Assembly (NCBI GenBank): GCA_051294375.1
Contig: CM119266.1
Location: 25,185,868-25,249,867 of the forward strand
Direction: 5' to 3'
DNA from: Paraspadella gotoi
Taxonomy: Eukaryota; Animalia; Chaetognatha
Length of the DNA: 64,000 bases
The notes under the pieces are model-generated. The model saw only the letters and a list, made by a program, of their open reading frames with translations. It was not told the DNA's origin and did not search any database. The translations under genes were made by a program, and so were the position numbers. Positions 50,583-64,000 of the stretch are shown piece after piece. Positions within the stretch are counted from its first letter, which is position 1. Every line of letters begins with the position of its first letter.

Positions 50583-51614
50583 AGAGTCGTTTGTGCAAAT
50601 CGATCGATCAATCGACTCAGTTGCGCGTAAGGAATGGAGTAACGGCGTCGTCGGCGCCGGAATGGGCGGCGACGCCGGCTTGATCGGCAGCGGTACCGGC
50701 GTCGTCGTCGTCGTCGTCGACAAAATTATTTTCCCGTCGATTTGAATTCCTGTCGAATGGAAAAAAAAAAAGAAGTTGTTATTCAGAGGGAGAAGGAGGT
50801 GTTCATAAAACGGAAAGGTTCTCGAAAAATAAGAGAACGAAAGTGGGAGCCTTACCGCGAGTAATGAAGCGTTTTTTCTTTACCTTACCTTTCGCGTTAT
50901 CAGAAAGAAGTGTGGCTTAACAACGATTTTAAAAAGGTAAATGGTTTAAATTCAGTGTTCAGACACATTAACATGTAAATATAATTAATTCTGGCCGTCA
51001 TAAAAAAGAATAATAAAAAACTCCTATTGATTTTTTCCAGGAATTTGTCACGAAGACCAATCTCCAAAACCAAAGCGCTCACCGGGCTCACCCCATCTCG
51101 AGAGTAGAATTCTCTCAAACATTATATTCAAACTTAAAATATTAAAAAAGAAATAATAAAAATATTTCTCCGAACTTCATGTAGCGCCAACAAAAAACCG
51201 AGAGGTTTTTTTTTATTCCCGTTTTCTCCATTGAAGTGAAATTCATCGGAAACCGCATTTGGGCAAGTACTCACCCTCCATCACAAAAAGAGAGAAAAAG
51301 AGAGAGATATCTAATGTAACAGTGACACTGCTTCAGAGGTATAAATTCTTTTTTTTATTACGTATTATTATCATTTCCTTTTTATTCTAATTTATTTTAA
51401 ACATAGGATGATAGGCGGAGTATTGGATCATGTCGCAGAGCAGAAAAGCTTAAATTTGTACAGTTTATCCTTAAGAATGGAGTCTCCTTCTTAAAAATCC
51501 CCGGACGTCGTTTCAATGTCGTACGTCGTTCAGGTACAATCACGAAGAAGGGGAGAATTTATGGCAAGTGTAAAAGTTTTCTACGAAATTTCGCTCACAG
51601 GTAGGAAAGAAAGG

Positions 51615-51689
<75 letters not shown>

Positions 51690-52394
51690 ATTTGTGCAAA
51701 TCCGATCGATCAACTGACTCAGTTGCGCGTAAGGAATGGAGTAACGGCGTCGTCGGCGCCGGAATGGGCGGCGACGCCGGCTTGATCGGCAGCGGTACCG
51801 GCGTCGTCGTCGTCGTCGTCGACAAAATTATTTTCCCGTCGATTGAATTACCTGTCGAATGGAAAAAAAAGAAGTTGTTATTCAGAGGGAGAAGGAGGTG
51901 TTCAATAAACGGAAAGTTCCTCGAAAAATAAGAGAACGAAAGTGGGAGCCTTACCGCGATAATGAAGCGTTTTTTCTTTACCTTACCTTTCGCGTTATCA
52001 GAAAAAGTGTGGGCTTACAACGATTTTAAAAAGGTAAATGGTTTAAATTCATGTGTTCAGACACATTAAACATGTAAATATAATTAATTTCTGGCCGTCA
52101 TAAAAAAAGAATAAATAAAAAACTCCTAATTGATTTTTCCAGGAATTTGTCACGAAAGACCAATCTCCAAAACCAAAGCGCTCACGCGGGCTCACCCCAT
52201 CTCGAGAGTAGAATTCTCCAAAACATTATATATTCAAACTTAAAATATTAAAAGAAATAAATAAAATATTTCTCGAATTCATGTAGCGCCACAAAAAACC
52301 GAGAGGTTTTTTTTATCCCTTTTCTCCATTGAAGTGAAATTCATCGGAAACCGCATTTGGGCAAGTACTCAGCCCTCCATCAACAAAAAGAAGA

Positions 52395-52400
<6 letters not shown>
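50226..52400. repeat. ~1.1-kb tandem duplication (~50226-51305 / ~51343-52400)
   Basis: Two near-identical units differing by small indels, each containing a (GA)n tract; ends near a 25-N gap. Confidence 0.9.
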
Positions 52401-52441
<41 letters not shown>

Positions 52442-52554
52442 TGAGAGAGAGATGATAGAGAAGAGAGAGGAGAGAGAGAGANNNNNNNNNNNNNNNNNNN
52501 NNNNNNAGAGATAAAAAAGAGAGAGAGAAGAAAGAGAGAGAGAGAGGAGAAGGA

Positions 52555-52599
<45 letters not shown>

Positions 52600-52613
<14 letters not shown>

Positions 52614-53337
52614 CATACTTTACGACTCTTTGCGGAGAAAAAAGGAATGTGATTAGTTTCAAAGAAACTTAATGTCGAAGTATATCACAGGGCAACTGTT
52701 ACTGCTCTCCCATTCGATTTTCTGAGTGGTAAAAAAAATTAAGGGTGTCTCCTTACTTAACCGTTTCTGTGCTTTGTATAAGTTATGCAAATTTGTCGTA
52801 TAAAAATGCCCCTCAAACTTTTAAGTAAAAGCGAACAAGCTATTCTCTTTTATGCAACTCGAAAACGAATATTATAATGTTTATCCTTTTGTCATATCTT
52901 TAACTATTACCCTTTAAAAGTCTAAGCTTGCCCTCCCCATCCGCAGCACGCAGGATCTCCTCTGCCTCCCTTCTGGACCAACTCCATCTCCATCCTAGAG
53001 GCTCTCGCGAGAGAAACGACGATAACCGACGAACCAATCTTGATCATCGTCGCGAATCGAGTATTCGTTTTTCGAATTCGATAACAACGAAGATGACGAA
53101 GGATTCGAGATACTGCCGCCGCCGACGATAAAACTTAAATCCGGTTGCCTTTCATACTCGCGAAGCCATTGGTGTCATTTTATGCTTAGTCGTATTTCAC
53201 CTTTTCTTTCTTAATAATTTCTTGATATATCCATTTATTTTTATATTTTTGTTAAATTTAATAGTCAAAATCCATCTCGCTTCTTCCTCCTATTCATCTT
53301 CCTTCAATCCCAGGGTCAAGATGTCGCGCGCCCGGAC

Positions 53338-53403
<66 letters not shown>

Positions 53404-56400
53404 CTCTCTCTCTCTTCTCTCGCTGGACGAAAGGAATAATCCTTCCTCTGTACATATATTAGCACACTGCTGCTCAGATCTGGCATAATGTTCAGACCGT
53501 TTAAGCCAGTAAAAAATTATCTGCATATAGCACACAATCTGGCATATTCAAATTGTGAAAAAAGTTTAAGGTTTTTCGATCTACGAGCGATTGGACAGAA
53601 GTGTTGAAAAACACTTCCTCTGGTAATATAAATCTGTATTAAATATGGCTAATTTGCTTATTTTATTATTTATTTTCTTGTAAAAATCATGTTAATTCCC
53701 ATTTAGAAGTTGTTTTGAGATCAGGACGGATTGCTATCATTTATACAATAATAGCCAAAGTATTGTGTTAATAACCGATTTACCTCTGAGATGCTTGTGT
53801 AGTTCTGTAATAGGCAATAGAAGTTGAGAGAAAGAACTTCGGTGTTACAAAAATGCTAAACACATATTTCGTAATCCATTGCTCATGTTGACCCTCGTAC
53901 AAGTCATTAGTATTAATATTTCAGGCTCTTAATGATTTTCTCGATGGTTACTGATAACTCTATTACGGTATCGAATCCTCTAAAATTGTTCACTAGAAGC
54001 ACTTTAAGTAGCAAGCCGGTTGCCTTGTTATTTGTACACTTTCCGGCTTATTTTGCTTCTTAAGCAGTCTCATTTTTCGCCTTTTTTGTGTTTTTATCTG
54101 TCTAAATGATTTTTCATAGTCTTTAATAATAATCATTTCTCTTTACTCTATGACAGTTTTGGGCATAATATTTAACGTAGTAAAAAATCTAGCCGCATTT
54201 TTTAGCAATAATTCGGGGCGCTATCTCGCACACGTTTTTCTGCAGAGTTTTAACCAGAGTGCCCGTCTCGCCCTCGCACGCCCAAATCGCACTCGCTCTT
54301 AAGCGCACGCTGCCGAAGAAATTTCGCCTGGTGACAGACGAAAACGGATTTTCGGCGTCGCGCTCGACTCGAAAGGCAAACGAACAAACGAGCAGCACTA
54401 TTTTTTTTACTCGTGGGGGGGGGGCGTTGGGGATAGGGAAGAAGGGGGAAGGGGGGACGTAGAAGGAGGAAGGCGGATGAAAACGGAATGTGGGATCTTC
54501 GTTTTTAGAGTTCACGGCCTTCGCAGATATTGTAGTGACACAATGAAAATAACGTGGCGTACGGTCTCGTGCTGATTTTGTCCGCTTTTAAAATTTGTTT
54601 CTGAGCCCAAATTAAATTGATTATACTTTTGGAATATGTAGCGATAATACACTACTGACATTACTGTTTCTGACCAAATAACCCTTGACCATCAACACAA
54701 AAATGCTAACCTAAGATCAAAAATAGTAAAAAAGATGAAGCAAATATAGCTCAGAAACCGCTGGTACAAAATTTTAGACCAATTGCTTTTATATAATGCA
54801 AAAAAAATATTAATATTATTAAAACAAAAATTTAACGATAACTTAAATAGTTAACCGAGAACCAAGATGAATATTTTTTACCCATCTTCCTCAATTTTAT
54901 GAATTCATATGTTGTTAATTAGTCAATTAATCCTAAATAACAAATATGAACAAATTTATTTTCAATTTTTTTTTATGAAATGGGAAGTTTTCTCATGCTT
55001 ACTTCCCCTTGTGTTTAATTATCTAATATTAAGGTATTTGCCAAAAAACTCTTATATAAATTACTATATTTTTCACTTTTTTTTATGCTTCAAAACACAA
55101 AACAAACATCATAAAAAACATTTTAAATTATAAAAAAAAATTGACTTGAATGATTTTAGGAAAAAAAATATTTTGAAACTGAGAAAAGGATTTCGAGTTA
55201 GGAAAAAAATTTTGCAATTCTAAAAAAAATCAGCCTCTAGCCTTTTTGATTTTCTAAGAGGCTGATTTTTTTATTTTTTTGATATTTTGATTTTCTATGC
55301 AAAACCATTATTCTCAAATGAGCATAGGTCGCGAGGAAATTTTTTTCTTCAACAATTTGTGAAAACTTTTCTAGTTCTTTTTAATTAGGCTTTTTTTGGG
55401 GAATAAATAAATAAATTATATACGATGGGTACATCTGAAAATGATAATGTCTCAAAAATGGACAAAAAAATTTTCTTTCAAGTTTTATTTTAAAATTTTA
55501 AAGTATTTGTATCAATAGAAATAAGTAGAGATACCCCGCTTTGCTCCGAAAATTTTTTATTTAACAAAGATTTGTACGCGTAGTTTGAAAAAAGTTATAT
55601 TTTTTAAATTAACTTTTCGAAAGAAAAGAGCTAGCAAGATGGTGTTTGGTATCAAAATTAAAGCCCTATATCATGGCGACACCTTTCTAAAAAAGTTTTA
55701 TTAAATTAAATCCATATAATCTTTACAGCAGCTTTTGTTTAAATCAGGGAGTTAAAAGTATAACATTTTTTGCTTTAAAAATTCAATGGAAGGCATATGA
55801 AATTTTTCTATTTTTCTTTTGTAATTGTGAAAAAGGACAAGACTGAATTACATTTTGATTATTATATAAATTTTCTTTATTCCATAAAACTGCTTATATT
55901 TTTAAGTGAAAGTAAAAAACAAAGCAAAAAATTTATGTTGTAGCCTTATAAAATGTTTTTTTAAATATCAAAAATGATAAAATAAAAAATGTTTTCAGCT
56001 TGATATAAACGTCTGACATCTACTGCTTGTCTTGTGAAAGAAAATCGGCAATTTTTTAATTATCTTTAACTGCAAACCTAAAAGCTTGACAGCGCACTGC
56101 TTGATTTTACATAATAAAGTTTTAATAAAATTTATATAGCTGGCCCAATAATATTTGACAAACAAAGACATCATTGTGTTGAAATTGTTTAGTAATTTCT
56201 CTTTAATATAGCAAGGAATTTAATTTCTATTATTTATCATCCATTTTAATTAGAAAAAATATTTCTCGTATAACCCATTAGAAAGGGTTCATTGACTGAC
56301 TTAATGATCTAATTTTTTAGAATCTTTTACTGCCCCCATTCACAAGATATAAAACGTCATAGTTTCACATGTCACAAAGTAAGTCCAGATTATCTTGTAC

Positions 56401-57571
56401 CTTTTATACAAGCCTGACATTCTGATGTTCCTGTCTCTTTTCGCTTCATAATCGATAATCTACACAGTAAAATAATTACTTCTGAAAACAATCCCAGCGT
56501 GGAGCGATGCATTGGTAAGCCTTATTACCCCACTTTCAAGCCGATCGAATTTTAAATTGAGGTTTTCCCATCTATTGAACATAATACACAACTATTGGTG
56601 ATTATTACGTGGTGTCTCCTGACTGCATTTATTTTTCTATGCAATTCTAGCAATAAATATGAATATGTAACCTTTTTTTAAAAAAATTTATCATCTTTCA
56701 CCCTAATTCCGGTCCATATCAAAATAACCAAAGAAACAGGATCTATCATAATCATTAATCGACATATAAAAACTATAACAATTTCAAAAAAAAAAAGAAT
56801 TATAATAATATTGACAGTGAATATCTCTCTCTTTTGAGAGAGAGAGACATACTTTACGACTCTTGCGGAGAAAAAAGGAATGTGATTAGTTCAAAGAAAC
56901 TTAATGTCGAAGTATATCACAGGGCAACTGTTACTGCTCTCCCATTCGATTTTCTGAGTGGTAAAAAAAAATTAGGGTGTCTCCTTACTTAACCGTTTCT
57001 GTGCTTTGTATAAGTTATGCAATTTTGTCGTATAAAAATGCCCCTCAAACTTTTAAGTAAAAGCGAACAGCTATTCTCTTTTATGCAACTCGAAAACGAA
57101 TTTATAATGTTTATCCTTTTGTCATATCTTTAACTATTACCCTTTAAAAGTCTAAGCTTGCCCTCCCCACTCCGCAGCACGCAGTATCTCCTCTGCCTCC
57201 CTTCTGGACCACTCCATCTCCATCTCTAGAGGATCTCGCGACGAGAAAGCGAAAACGATAACCGACGAACAATTTGATCATCGTCGCGAATCGAGTTTTC
57301 GTTTTTCGAATTCGATAACAACGAAGATGACGAAGGATTCGAGATACTGCCGCCGCCGACCGATAAAACTTAAATCCGGTTGCCTTTCATACTCGCAAAG
57401 CCATTGGTGTCATTTTATGCTTAGTCGTATTTCACCTTTTCTTTCTTAATAATTTCTTGATATATCCATTTATTTTTATATTTTTGTTAAATTTATAGTC
57501 AAAATCCATCTCGCTTCTTCCTCCTATTCATCTTCCTTCAATCCCAGGGTCAAGATGTCGCGCGCCCGGAC

Positions 57572-57654
<83 letters not shown>

Positions 57655-60600
57655 GCTGGACGAAAGAATAGAATCCCTGTCCTCTGGTTAAAACTTAGCA
57701 CACTGTGTGCCAGATCTGGCATAATTTCAGACCGTTTAGCCAGTAAAAAATTATCTGGCATATAGCACACAATCTGGCATATTCAAATTGTGAAAAAAGT
57801 TTAAGGTTTTTCGATCTACAGCATTGGACAGAGTGTGAAAAACACTTCCTCTGGTAATATAAATCTGTATTAAATATGCTATTTGCTTATTTTATTATTT
57901 ATTTCTTTGTAAAAATCATGTTAATTCCCATTAGAGTTGTTTGAGATCAGGAACGGATTGCTAGCATTTATACAATAAAGCCAAAGTATTTGGTTAATAC
58001 CGATCTTCCTCTGAGATGCTTGTGTAGTTCTGTAATAGCAAGTTAAAGCAACTTTACAAGTGCAAGACACTATGGCGTCAGTTGGTTGGTTGCTCTGTTT
58101 GAAAATTACTGCTGCAAAACACCTTTTACAGGACTTGACTGGTTTTTATGGCTTACTTAAGCAGTCTCATTTTTTCGCCTTTTTTTGTTTTTATCTGTCT
58201 AAATGGATTTTTCATAGTCTTTAATAATAATCATTTCTCTTTACTCTATGAACAGTTTTGGCATAATATTTAAACGTAGTAAAAAAATCTAGCCGATTTT
58301 TAGCATAATTCGGGCGCTATCTCGCACACGTTTTTTCTGCAGAGTTTTAACCAGAGTGCCCGTCTCGCCCTCGCACGCCAAATTCGCACTCGCTACTAAG
58401 CGACGCTGCCGAAGAAATTTCGTGGTGACAGACGAAAACGGATTTTCGGCGTCGCTCGACTCGAAAGGCAAACGAAAGCGACGGCAGCTATTTTTTTTTA
58501 CTCGTGGGGGGGGGGCGTTGGGATAGGGAAGGAAGGGGGAAGGGGGGACGTAGAAGGAGGAAGGCGGATGAAGAACGAATGTGGGATCTTCGTTTTTAGA
58601 GTTCACGGCCTTCGCAGATATGTAGGACACAATGAAAAATAACGTGGCGTTACGGTCTCGTGCTGATTTTGTCCTTTAAAATTGTTTCTGAGCCAAATTA
58701 ATTGATTATACTTTTGGTAATATGTGCGATAATACACTACTGGACATTACTGTTTCTGACCAATAACCCTTGACCATCAAACAAAAAGCTAAACTAGATC
58801 AAAAATAGTAAAAAAGATGAAGCAAATATAGCTCGAAACCGCTTACAAAATTTTAGACCATTGCTTTTATAAATGCAAAAAAATATTAATATTATTAAAA
58901 CAAAACTTTACGATAACTTAATAGTTAACCGAGACCAAGATGAATATTTTTTACCCATCATTTCCTCAATTTTTATGAATCATATGTTTGTAATTAGTCA
59001 ATTAATCTAAATAACAATATGAACAAATTTATTTTCAATTTTTTTTATGAATGGGAAGTTTTCTCTGCTTACTTCCCTTGTGTTTAATTATCTAATATTT
59101 TAGAGGTATTTCAAAAACTCTTATATAATTACTATATTTTTCACTTTTTTTCTATTCTTTCAAAACAAAACAACATCATAAAAAACATTTTAAATTAATA
59201 AAAAAAATTGATTGAATGATTTTGGAAAAAAATATTTGAAACTTGAGAAAATGGATTTCGAGTTAGGAAAAAAATTTGCAATTCTAAAAAAAATCAGCCT
59301 CTAGCCTTTTGATTTTTCTAGAGGCTGATTTTTTTATTTTTTTGATATTTTGATTTTCTATGCAAAACCATTATTCTCAATGAGCATAGGTCGGAGGAAA
59401 TTTTTTTCAACATTTTGAAAACTTTTCTATTTTTTTAATTAGGCTTTTTTTGGGGAAATAATAAATAAATATTAATACGATGGGTACATCTGAAAGTGAT
59501 ATGTCTCAAAAATGACAAAAAAATTTTCTTTCAAGTTTATTTTAAAATTTAAGTATTGTATCAATAGAAATAAGTGAGATACCCCGCTTTGTCGAAATTT
59601 TTTATTTAACAAAGATTTGTACTGCGTAGTTTGAAAAAAGTTATTTTTTTAAATACTTTTGAAAGAAAAGAGCTAGCAAGATGGGTGGTATCAAATTAAA
59701 GCCCTAATCATGGGACACCTTTCTAAAAAAGTTTTATTAAATTAAATCCATAAATCTTTACACAGCTTTTGTTAAATCAGAGTTAAAAGTATAACAGTTT
59801 TTTGCTTTAAAAATTTCAATGAAGGCATATGAAAATTTTTTATTTTTCTTTTGTAATTTGAAAAAGGAAAGACTGAATTACATTTTGATTATTATTAAAT
59901 TTTCTTTATTCCATAAAACTGCTTATATTTTTAAGTTAAAGTAAAAAACAAGCAAAAAATTTATGTTGTAGCTTGATAAAATGTTTTTTTAAATATCAAA
60001 ATGATAAATAAAAAAATGTTTTCAGCTTGATATAAACAGTCTGGACATCTACCTTCTTGTCTGTGAAAGAAATCGGCAATTTTTATTATCTTTAACTGCA
60101 AACTAAAAGCTTGACCGCACTGCTTGTTTACATAATAAAGTTTTAAAAAATTATATAGCTGGCAATATATTTGACAAAGCAAAGACATCATTGTGTTAAA
60201 TTGTATTGATAATTTTCTTTTAATATAGCAAGGAATTAATTCTTATTATTTATCATCCATTTTAATTAAGAAAAATATTTCTCGTAATAACCCATTAGAA
60301 AGGGTTCATTGACTGACTTAATGATCTAATTTTTTAGAATCTTTACTGCCCCCATTTCACAAGATATAAAAGGTCCATGGTTTTCAATGTCAGTAAGTCC
60401 AGATTATCTGTACCCTTTATACAACCTGAATTCTGAATTTTATTTCTTTTCCCTTTCAAATGTAATTAAAATAAAAAAAATTATTTGAGAGAACAATCAG
60501 CGTGGAGGATGCCATTGGTAAGCCTTATTACCCCACTTCCCGATCGAATTTTTAATGAGGTTTTTTTCCCATCTATTTGAGACATAATACCAACTATTGG

Positions 60601-60815
60601 TATTATTATTTTTTTTTATTTTTTTTCTATTACAATTCTAGGATAAATATGAATATGTAACTTTTTAAAAAAATTTTATCATCTTTCACCCTATATTCCG
60701 GTCATATCTAAAAAACCAAAGAAAAGATTTTGCAATTGATATTTGATATCGACATATAAAACTATAACAATTTCAAAAAAATAAAAGAAATTATAATAAA
60801 TATTGAACAGTGAAT
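52600..60815. repeat. ~4.2-kb tandem duplication (~52600-56823 / ~56836-60815)
   Basis: Colinear units. The second is enriched in 1-nt deletions and differs over ~58040-58150. Confidence 0.9.
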
Positions 60816-61580
60816 TTTTTTATGCACGGAACAGTAAACGTTACGACGGGCCATTTTTCATTGTGTCGTAGTCTGGCTTTTTCTTCAAGTTTACTTAGAC
60901 CCGGTGCTCATTAAGTAAACTCTACGGGATGCGTGAGGACGGCCCGTAAACAGCCCTGGGTGCCTGGAAAACTTCCAAGCCAGCCAGGACCCGCTCCATT
61001 GGTGCCGAAAGGAGCTTGAAAAGTCTTTTAGGCCAAATTAGAGCCCTATCCACATATGTATTTAATAATTAATAAGGTTATATACTTTTCATATATTTCC
61101 ATCAGCGAATTCTTTCTACCCAGCGACATGGAGTTCACTCCCCGTTGAATCGACACAGTTGGTCGCGCACCAGTCAGCACTTACTAATCGCATGTAGAGC
61201 CGTACAAATACATGAATAAGTCTTTATTGTGCGGTTTCTGAAGTGTCAATCATTAATGGTAGGGAAACGGAACAAGTGAACATAAAAGAAAATGAAGTAA
61301 AAAACAATAAAAAAATACCACGAAAAAAACCCCTCCACGATTAATCCCGAGTATCATCTCCACGTCCGACCTTGAGCGGACATTTCCCACCTCCCTTTGC
61401 CACACCCTCCCCTTCCATTCCTCATTATTAATGTTTCCCCGAAGATTCGCTCCATTTTCCCAAAATTTTTCCTTTTTTTCCGCCAGAGCGAGTTATTTAT
61501 TTTCGTGAAAGCCATTTTTACGACGCCATCGAGTTTCCATGACAACCATCGAGAAGACACGATGGAACACGGGGGTGAAT

Positions 61581-61724
<144 letters not shown>

Positions 61725-62067
61725 GGATTGTTTACTTAGATCTTTTGTACATATTAATTTGAATTAATTTTTATTTTTCAATATCCTTAAATCGATCATA
61801 TAATTTATGTTGATTAACTGGATTTATTTTATTGGTTTCATTGAATTGCACATTGTACTATTCGGATTATATTTTATATCGATACAATGTTAGATTTATT
61901 TATTTAAAAGTTAAGCTTAAGCTAAAGCTACTATATGAGTAGACTCGCGTCCTCATTTCGTTTAACTTCCCATCAAGAATCAACGTAATCTTTTTGACGC
62001 TCGAGGTCAAAGGTCTCATGAAATTGTCCCCTCAAGTGCGGTTGATGGTTAACCGGAAAATGGAAAG

Positions 62068-62069
<2 letters not shown>

Positions 62070-62134
<65 letters not shown>

Positions 62135-62310
62135 GAGGAGAGAGAGAGAGAGAGAAGAGAAGAAATTGCATTGATTGAGTATTGATTGTGTGTGTGTGGG
62201 GAGAGAGAGAGAGAGAGAGATATATATAAAGATTGATTGATGATGATAGATTGATTGTGTGAGAGAGAGAGAGAGAGAGAGATAGGGAGAGAGAGAGAGA
62301 GAGAGAAGAT

Positions 62311-62347
<37 letters not shown>

Positions 62348-62385
62348 AAGAAGAGAGAAGAGAGAAAGAAAGAAGAAAAGAGAGG
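62070..62385. repeat. Compound (GA)n/(GT)n/(GATT)n simple-repeat region
   Basis: Read directly; lies next to the ~970-N gap. Confidence 0.9.
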
Positions 62386-64000
62386 TCTCTTCGCAAGGTC
62401 AAACCATGTCGGGAAAAAATGCATTTCAGTGGAGGTAGAGTTCAACTGGAAGCAAAAACCCAGAGGGACCTTGAAAGGAAAATGAAGGGGAAACGGTTAG
62501 AAAATGAGANNNNNNNNNNNNNNNNNNNNNNNNNNNNNNNNNNNNNNNNNNNNNNNNNNNNNNNNNNNNNNNNNNNNNNNNNNNNNNNNNNNNNNNNNNN
62601 NNNNNNNNNNNNNNNNNNNNNNNNNNNNNNNNNNNNNNNNNNNNNNNNNNNNNNNNNNNNNNNNNNNNNNNNNNNNNNNNNNNNNNNNNNNNNNNNNNNN
62701 NNNNNNNNNNNNNNNNNNNNNNNNNNNNNNNNNNNNNNNNNNNNNNNNNNNNNNNNNNNNNNNNNNNNNNNNNNNNNNNNNNNNNNNNNNNNNNNNNNNN
62801 NNNNNNNNNNNNNNNNNNNNNNNNNNNNNNNNNNNNNNNNNNNNNNNNNNNNNNNNNNNNNNNNNNNNNNNNNNNNNNNNNNNNNNNNNNNNNNNNNNNN
62901 NNNNNNNNNNNNNNNNNNNNNNNNNNNNNNNNNNNNNNNNNNNNNNNNNNNNNNNNNNNNNNNNNNNNNNNNNNNNNNNNNNNNNNNNNNNNNNNNNNNN
63001 NNNNNNNNNNNNNNNNNNNNNNNNNNNNNNNNNNNNNNNNNNNNNNNNNNNNNNNNNNNNNNNNNNNNNNNNNNNNNNNNNNNNNNNNNNNNNNNNNNNN
63101 NNNNNNNNNNNNNNNNNNNNNNNNNNNNNNNNNNNNNNNNNNNNNNNNNNNNNNNNNNNNNNNNNNNNNNNNNNNNNNNNNNNNNNNNNNNNNNNNNNNN
63201 NNNNNNNNNNNNNNNNNNNNNNNNNNNNNNNNNNNNNNNNNNNNNNNNNNNNNNNNNNNNNNNNNNNNNNNNNNNNNNNNNNNNNNNNNNNNNNNNNNNN
63301 NNNNNNNNNNNNNNNNNNNNNNNNNNNNNNNNNNNNNNNNNNNNNNNNNNNNNNNNNNNNNNNNNNNNNNNNNNNNNNNNNNNNNNNNNNNNNNNNNNNN
63401 NNNNNNNNNNNNNNNNNNNNNNNNNNNNNNNNNNNNNNNNNNNNNNNNNNNNNNNNNNNNNNNNNNNNNNNNNNNNNAGCCCGGAGGTCGTCTGGCAGTT
63501 AAGAGGGACGGGGCGCTAAACCCCCCTGTAACATGGTGTTACAGCCTTCAATATATAATTTTAGAATCAGCGTTAAAAATTATTAGATTGTTAAAAACTT
63601 TAAAAACTTGGATACAAAAAATGTGACTCTGCCCTTGAGAGCCACTATGATTATACTATTAGGAAATTNNNNNNNNNNNNNNNNNNNNNNNNNNNNNNNN
63701 NNNNNNNNNNNNNNNNNNNNNNNNNNNNNNNNNNNNNNNNNNNNNNNNNNNNNNNNNNNNNNNNNNNNNNNNNNNNNNNNNNNNNNNNNNNNNNNNNNNN
63801 NNNNNNNNNNNNNNNNNNNNNNNNNNNNNNNNNNNNGGTCAACGTAATTTTCTAACTAATAAATGTTTTAAAAATATTAAAAAGTGAAAGAATTACGAGT
63901 TTAATCAAGTTTTTTCGTATCGGTCCAGATTGAAGCCCCTGCAGAGACTAGACTAATAACAATATAAATGTTAAAAGTTTCGCCTATACTTGTTCCTCCC

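Noticed and set aside
50226-60815. Biological tandem duplications of 1.1 kb and 4.2 kb
   Set aside because: Same indel signature, with breakpoints at (GA)n tracts or gaps; probably overlap or gap-fill artefacts.

Overview
This is eukaryotic (animal, probably invertebrate) genomic DNA with short GT-AG introns of about 50-110 nt, (CT)n microsatellites and N-gaps. The first ~18 kb holds four minus-strand genes that I could splice by hand. They are the 5' end of a fibrillar collagen with two paralogous furin-site/telopeptide exons, a 7-exon gene derived from a Merlin/ISXO2-type transposase that has lost its catalytic core, a single-exon transmembrane ORF, and a 13-exon CPEB1/Orb gene (~1138 aa) with a long C-terminal tail. 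Most of the rest (21.6-60.8 kb) is inverted, direct or tandem re-copies of neighbouring sequence full of 1-nt indels and flanked by short N-gaps. These are most likely long-read gap-filling or uncollapsed-haplotype artefacts rather than true paralogues. Several MITE/fold-back elements are present, and one appears in only one of the copies. All family assignments come from recalled motifs; no database search was run.
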